DNA from: Squalus acanthias
Lineage: Eukaryota
DNA length: 64,000 bases
Assembly: GCA_030390025.1 (NCBI GenBank)
Contig: CM059432.1
Coordinates: 29,824,001-29,888,000, forward strand
Reading direction: 5' to 3'
Shown: piece by piece, positions 62,536 through 64,000 of the stretch
Layout of the letters: each line of letters opens with the position of its first letter
Numbering within the stretch: the first letter of the stretch is position 1
Notes under the pieces: generated by a model
Database searches by the model: none
What the model saw: only the letters and a program-made list of their open reading frames with translations
Told to the model about the DNA's origin: nothing
Program-made: the position numbers and the translations under genes

Positions 62536-63764
62536 ACACAAATGGGCACTTGTATGAGAATGTAGCTGCTGCCTGTGGAACTGTACCCCAGCATGACTCA
62601 GTAGCTTCAGGACAGGAAGAAAATTGAGAAACCGAAAAAAAAGCACTGCAGATAAATTACACTGTAATTAGAGGGGAATCAGTACTAATTGCAATTATCA
62701 TTAAAAACACTTAATTTGACATTTGACTGGAATTTCCTTACATGGACTATGAGTGCCATCAGCTAGCTCAGCAGAACATTGAAGAAGTGCTGTAATTCTG
62801 TGTTTGCAATTCTCTGCACTTCTACCAAGTAATATTAAAAATCTGTTCCACAAATGTAAGGGACTACCTCCAGCTGGTCCTAGTGGCTCATTTTAAAAAG
62901 AGAAAAATAAAACTCAGATATAATGAACTCGCAGAGACTGGGAGTCAATTCCTAACACTTCCATGGAGGTTGTGGGTGCTACTCTGGTAATGAGTAGTAT
63001 GTCTGTAGGGGATTACAGAGAACGCATTAAAGTTGCTCCTTTAAGCTGTGTGCCAACTGGGAACATCATGGAGGGGGTTTTAGAGAATGAGTTGCGACTT
63101 GTGTGAAAGGTTATTTCTATAACTAAATATAACAAAAAAAAGCTGTACAGGTGTAGGAGTATTAATGTGCTGTGCCACAGGTACGTTAATATGGACCTGT
63201 GATTTTCCCACATGCAGTGGGTATAAGGGCTAGGAGCACCTGCATGGAATTCATTTTATATAGGAATATTACACCACGAAACACAGAGTGCATTACATAC
63301 CCTTACAATGGAGAGTTTATTATATAACTATAGAGTATTAAACCCCTCTAATATAGAGTGCATTACAATATAATACATGCTGAAATATTCCACCTCTGTG
63401 TTGCAGAGTACATCACAGACAAGTGTTGTACCCATGAACAGAGTCAAGTGGGAGTCTATACCGAAAGCATAGATAGGCTGCGTTTAATGATAAAGGCTTG
63501 GAGCTTGAAATACAGTGAGACCCGCTCTGCTGGCGAAGCGCAGTAGAGTGCAACGCCCAGTCTGCCGTACAACCTGCTCCACATTACAGGGAAGGGGTCA
63601 TTAAATACTCACGCGGGACCATCGCATCTGTGGCGCCTACCCCAACGGAAGCCCGAAAAGTCAGCTGACGCCATGGCGCGTTGATGCAGCACAGGTGTCC
63701 TGGAGAAGGTCTCCCCACACACAGAGCAGTCCAACTCTGCAGCTTCCAAAGCAGTGTTCGAGTT

Positions 63765-64000
63765 GACCTTCTGACCCCATATCCTCTCCATTACCAGACC
63801 ACCTACTTCCACCTCCGTCCCTGCCTCAGCACATCTGCTGCTGAAACTCTCATCCATACTTTTATTACCTCCAGACTCGACTATTCCCATGCTCTCCTGG
63901 CTGGCCTCCCATCTTCCAGCCTCCATAAACCAGCTCATCCAAAACTCTGCTGCCCATATCCTAACTCACACCAATTCCTATTCACCCATCACCCTGTGCT
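63765..64000 (+). mobile_element. L2-clade LINE RT C-terminal fragment
   Basis: AETLIHTFITSRLDYSHALLAGLP...QLIQNSAA. Confidence 0.85.

Noticed and set aside
63609..63938. CSVCGETFSR resembling a C2H2 zinc finger
   Set aside because: Histidine spacing is wrong, it is a single half-motif, and the ORF start is antisense L2.

Overview
Vertebrate genomic DNA, with a repeat landscape most like a cartilaginous fish (shark), and mostly transposon-derived. No host protein-coding gene can be identified with confidence; the best candidate is a minus-strand terminal exon and 3'UTR at about 50.0-52.7 kb. Nearly all long ORFs are decayed CR1-type LINE ORF2 (APE endonuclease/RT) fragments. Also present are L2 and Tx1 fragments, Deu-domain and other tRNA-derived SINEs, three solo LTRs, a Tc1/mariner-type MITE and three internally deleted PIF/Harbinger transposons, often nested several deep. 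The most interesting items are: (1) minimal hammerhead ribozyme motifs in a Penelope-like element and in a separate 132-bp insert; (2) a LINE whose ORF2 is joined directly to a tRNA-derived Pol III SINE head, with its matching head+tail SINE about 0.6 kb away; (3) Harbinger derivatives that keep the Myb/SANT partner gene (a 3-exon model can be rebuilt in one) while the transposase appears reduced to a shared Q-rich mini-ORF; (4) a minisatellite carrying several perfect MEF2 consensus sites next to a solo LTR. Family names come from motif recognition, not database searches.
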